A stretch of 63,894 nt of DNA, the filler included, from Phoronis australis (Eukaryota; Animalia; Phoronida): NCBI GenBank assembly GCA_002633005.1. It is 11 parts of 11 records of this genome, joined end to end, with 100 filler letters (N's around TTAATTAATTAA, not from the genome) between each part and the next. Parts side by side here need not be neighbours in the genome. Positions count along the whole stretch, not along the records: positions 62,459 to 63,894 come from NMRA01000332.1; 10 more parts are not named here. One strand, written 5' to 3'. The position numbers were made by a program, and so were the translations under genes. The notes below the pieces were generated by a model. It saw nothing but the letters and a program-made list of their open reading frames with translations. It did not search any database and had not been told where the DNA came from. Below, in pieces: positions 62,527-63,894 of this stretch; positions within the stretch are counted from its first letter, which is position 1, and each line of letters begins with the position of its first letter.

Positions 62527-63894
62527 GTTACGCCACCTTTATGAAACCAGGTTTAAACTGTATGGCTTGATTACAAACTGAACGACAGGTGCCGCGTGGA
62601 CGTGAGTTGAATCGATTCCACCACGCTGGTTCTCGGCGCTCTTAGCAAAATTTTTTATTCACATCTAGTGCCTGCTAAACTGCCTTAAGCAGCAGGTTAA
62701 ACTAACACTAACTAAAAATAATTCAAGTTAACATGAAATTCCGTGCATTACCTCTGAATACTGTAGTTTGATTAGTTTGACACCAAAACAACTGCTTTTC
62801 AACACAAAGAATAGCATTGCATGAACCCATAGCACACGACAGTTAGGGCAGTCCATTACAAAAGCCCAACAAAATTGAAGGTATCCGAATTTAGCCGAGT
62901 CAGTTCTGAATACAGACTTGCACCATCTTTGCTAGCACGTTGTGTAATATATATTTTCGACACCTTCGGAGTGCGACAGGCACATTATACTAAGTCAGCG
63001 TCCACGAATTTTAAGTTTTTTACTCGAAATGAAGCATCGGACACAGAAGCTATAACGGCCAGCACCTCGAGAGCGGACTCTTGGGAACGTAGCCTAAACG
63101 GGCCGTTAGCAATGAGGTCGGTTCGAACCAGAGGCACGCAGCAAGGCCAGACTGGGGTATCGCGGCAAATCCCGAAGTCAATAACCGCACAACTGCTGAT
63201 GTTTCAGCGCGGGCGCCGCAAACCTTGCTGAAAAAGTACCGTTTACCCACAGGCACCTTCTGTTGTCAATAGGAGTGAGTGACCCCCTAGGTAGGTACCT
63301 CGTTGTAGGGTTGTAATAATATGGTTGGACGTCTATTAGTTGCCATTTGGTAGCAAATCCGACTTTGAAAAACCACTGGAACTGTCGGTGTGAGTCACCC
63401 CCCTACCATAGCAAGTTTCCTCCGATCGATAGAACCCTTGCCCTTTCCCACACTGGGCCCGTATTGCCTGCAGAAGGGCTTTCCCTCGCTCCAGTGAATG
63501 ACTACCAAGCATAGAGCGGTTGTGAACGTGTGATAACACCTGGCTCCTTTGTTAACTAACAGTCTGGTATGAAACTTGCAGGCTTATTATCGACCGGTGT
63601 ATAGAACACAGTTAAACCCAGCCAGCGCGTTGGTACGTTTGAACAGAATAGATTCAGATTGTCGACACTTCGTTTGTAATTGGGCGATTTTGGTGATTCA
63701 AAAACTAAACCTGATCAAAATTTGACGAGGAATTCAGAAATGTTATTGGTATATGTTCAAGCCCCCCTTGGCTGCCGCAAAAAAAAATAAGAGCGTAGGG
63801 AAATGTTGAGTTTATTAATTTGCCCCGGTAATTAAAATTATACGGATGAAAAAAGAATTAAATGTGTGCAGTTTTAGTGTTTGGAGGGGGGGGG

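Overview
Eukaryotic, intron-rich and transposon-rich genomic DNA, most likely from an invertebrate animal (inferred from gene content and GT-AG exon structure). It is not one contiguous locus: ten identical artificial 100-bp linkers (44 N + TTAATTAATTAA + 44 N) join 11 segments, and genes stop abruptly at them. Partial spliced genes reconstructed by hand: a MetX-family Cys2-like serine/homoserine O-acyltransferase (4 exons, +), pyrroline-5-carboxylate reductase (1 exon, +), PSMD12/Rpn5 (6 exons, +), an ATP-grasp ligase exon (carnosine-synthase-like, -), XRCC6/Ku70 (5 exons, -) and a frameshifted C2H2 zinc-finger gene (+). Much of the rest is DNA-transposon debris (hAT-like families with 5-bp and 6-bp target-site duplications, Kolobok-like TTAA elements including a THAP remnant, PIF/Harbinger-like and P-like MITEs, possible Helitron ends), a decayed LINE endonuclease and satellites. 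The most notable unannotated signal is a near-complete HDV-like self-cleaving ribozyme fold at 6765-6845. Most ORFs in the supplied track are spurious. All alignments and folds were done by eye; no database search was run.
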